From positions 40,858,001 through 40,922,000 of the forward strand of contig OX597817.1 of assembly GCA_951406725.2 (NCBI GenBank): a stretch of 64,000 nucleotides of DNA. The letters run 5' to 3'. This document shows positions 63,335 to 64,000 of this stretch, piece by piece (the first letter of the stretch is position 1; every line of letters starts with the position of its first letter). The stretch is from Octopus vulgaris. Taxonomy: Eukaryota. The translations under genes were made by a program, and so were the position numbers. A model generated the notes under the pieces. That model was not told the origin of the DNA and ran no database searches. It saw only the letters and a list, made by a program, of their open reading frames with translations.

Positions 63335-63455
63335 GTCAAGAATCAGACTACAAACTTTGGCTTGCTCACAGTTCCCGTTGGAAGAACACAGAAGAAAATA
63401 CAGGATGTTTACTTGGTTTAAAGACTTCATTCTACCGGCTCCGTCCGGAATCTTG
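63335..63455 (+). CDS. SORT1: Sortilin exon 15 (start of 10CC cysteine module)
   Basis: cgttaag|(C)QESDYKLWLAHSSRWKNTEENTGCLLGLKTSFYRLRPES|gtaaaa, phase 1-2. Compare CEEKDYTIWLAHS..GCILG..FLRLR. Confidence 0.93.
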
Positions 63456-64000
63456 GTAAAATTTAATACTTGGATTTTTTTTTTTTTTAGAAGAAAATAT
63501 TTTATTCTCTACAATTTAATGACTACACTTAAAAGAAATTTGTTTTTATATACCTTATTCTTTGGAATTGACATCTGATGAACAAAATGCAAAGTTCATA
63601 TTTTAATATAATTGTTGAAGTCTTTGTAGATATATATTAATAATTAACTGATATACTATTTATCATTATACTACACATTTAGAAACTAAATCTTTTCATT
63701 TTTTATTAAGATTTATTCCTATTATTGGGCTGTTAGATAAATTTGGTTATTTTTGTTCTATTTGGCACTACATCATCCGATGTCTGAAATAAGGTAAAAT
63801 TTATTCAAATTTCAAAAATGACAAATAAAAATGGTAGAGGAAGAATTGTGCTACAAGGGGAAAAAAGAAACAGAATCTTTGATAGAAATATTTTTTATGT
63901 TAATTCAGATAACATTACAGAGTTAAAATAAATGGGAGGAAAAATAGTATTTGACTACTCAATATTTCTTTAAATGGTTTCATTATTTGAAGCACAATAG

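Larger units (their letters stand above)
10614..63455 (+). other. SORT1: Sortilin (VPS10P-domain sorting receptor) gene span, 15 coding exons in window, 3' end beyond window
   Basis: join(10614..10865,18481..18537,28716..28777,31657..31759,31922..32071,33387..33457,35851..35921,38805..38935,47631..47714,48678..48738,54242..54489,56477..56582,59323..59399,60146..60419,63335..63455) gives 1868 nt in one open frame. It encodes a signal peptide, a furin site, repeated Asp-box (SxDxGxxW/F) motifs and the start of the 10CC module, colinear with sortilin as I recall it. Confidence 0.93.

Overview
Eukaryotic, AT-rich, microsatellite- and transposon-dense animal DNA. The SINE/RTE repertoire suggests an octopus (coleoid cephalopod); this is an inference. 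The only host gene found is a + strand sortilin (SORT1-like, VPS10P-domain receptor). I reconstructed 15 coding exons by hand from ATG 10614 to 63455: 1868 nt, all GT-AG introns, phases consistent, no stops. The gene continues past the window end. The rest is mobile DNA: a nearly intact R4/Dong-clade LINE, RTE and CR1 LINEs, Penelope remnants, a Tc1 element, Helitrons, piggyBac-type MITEs and several tRNA-derived SINE families. The most notable signal is in intron 8: a highly structured 357-nt unit with a 75-nt terminal direct repeat that carries a type I hammerhead ribozyme fold in the sense orientation. This is the architecture of a non-LTR retrozyme or a Penelope pLTR. Family assignments come from recalled motifs, not database searches. 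Repeat boundaries are approximate.
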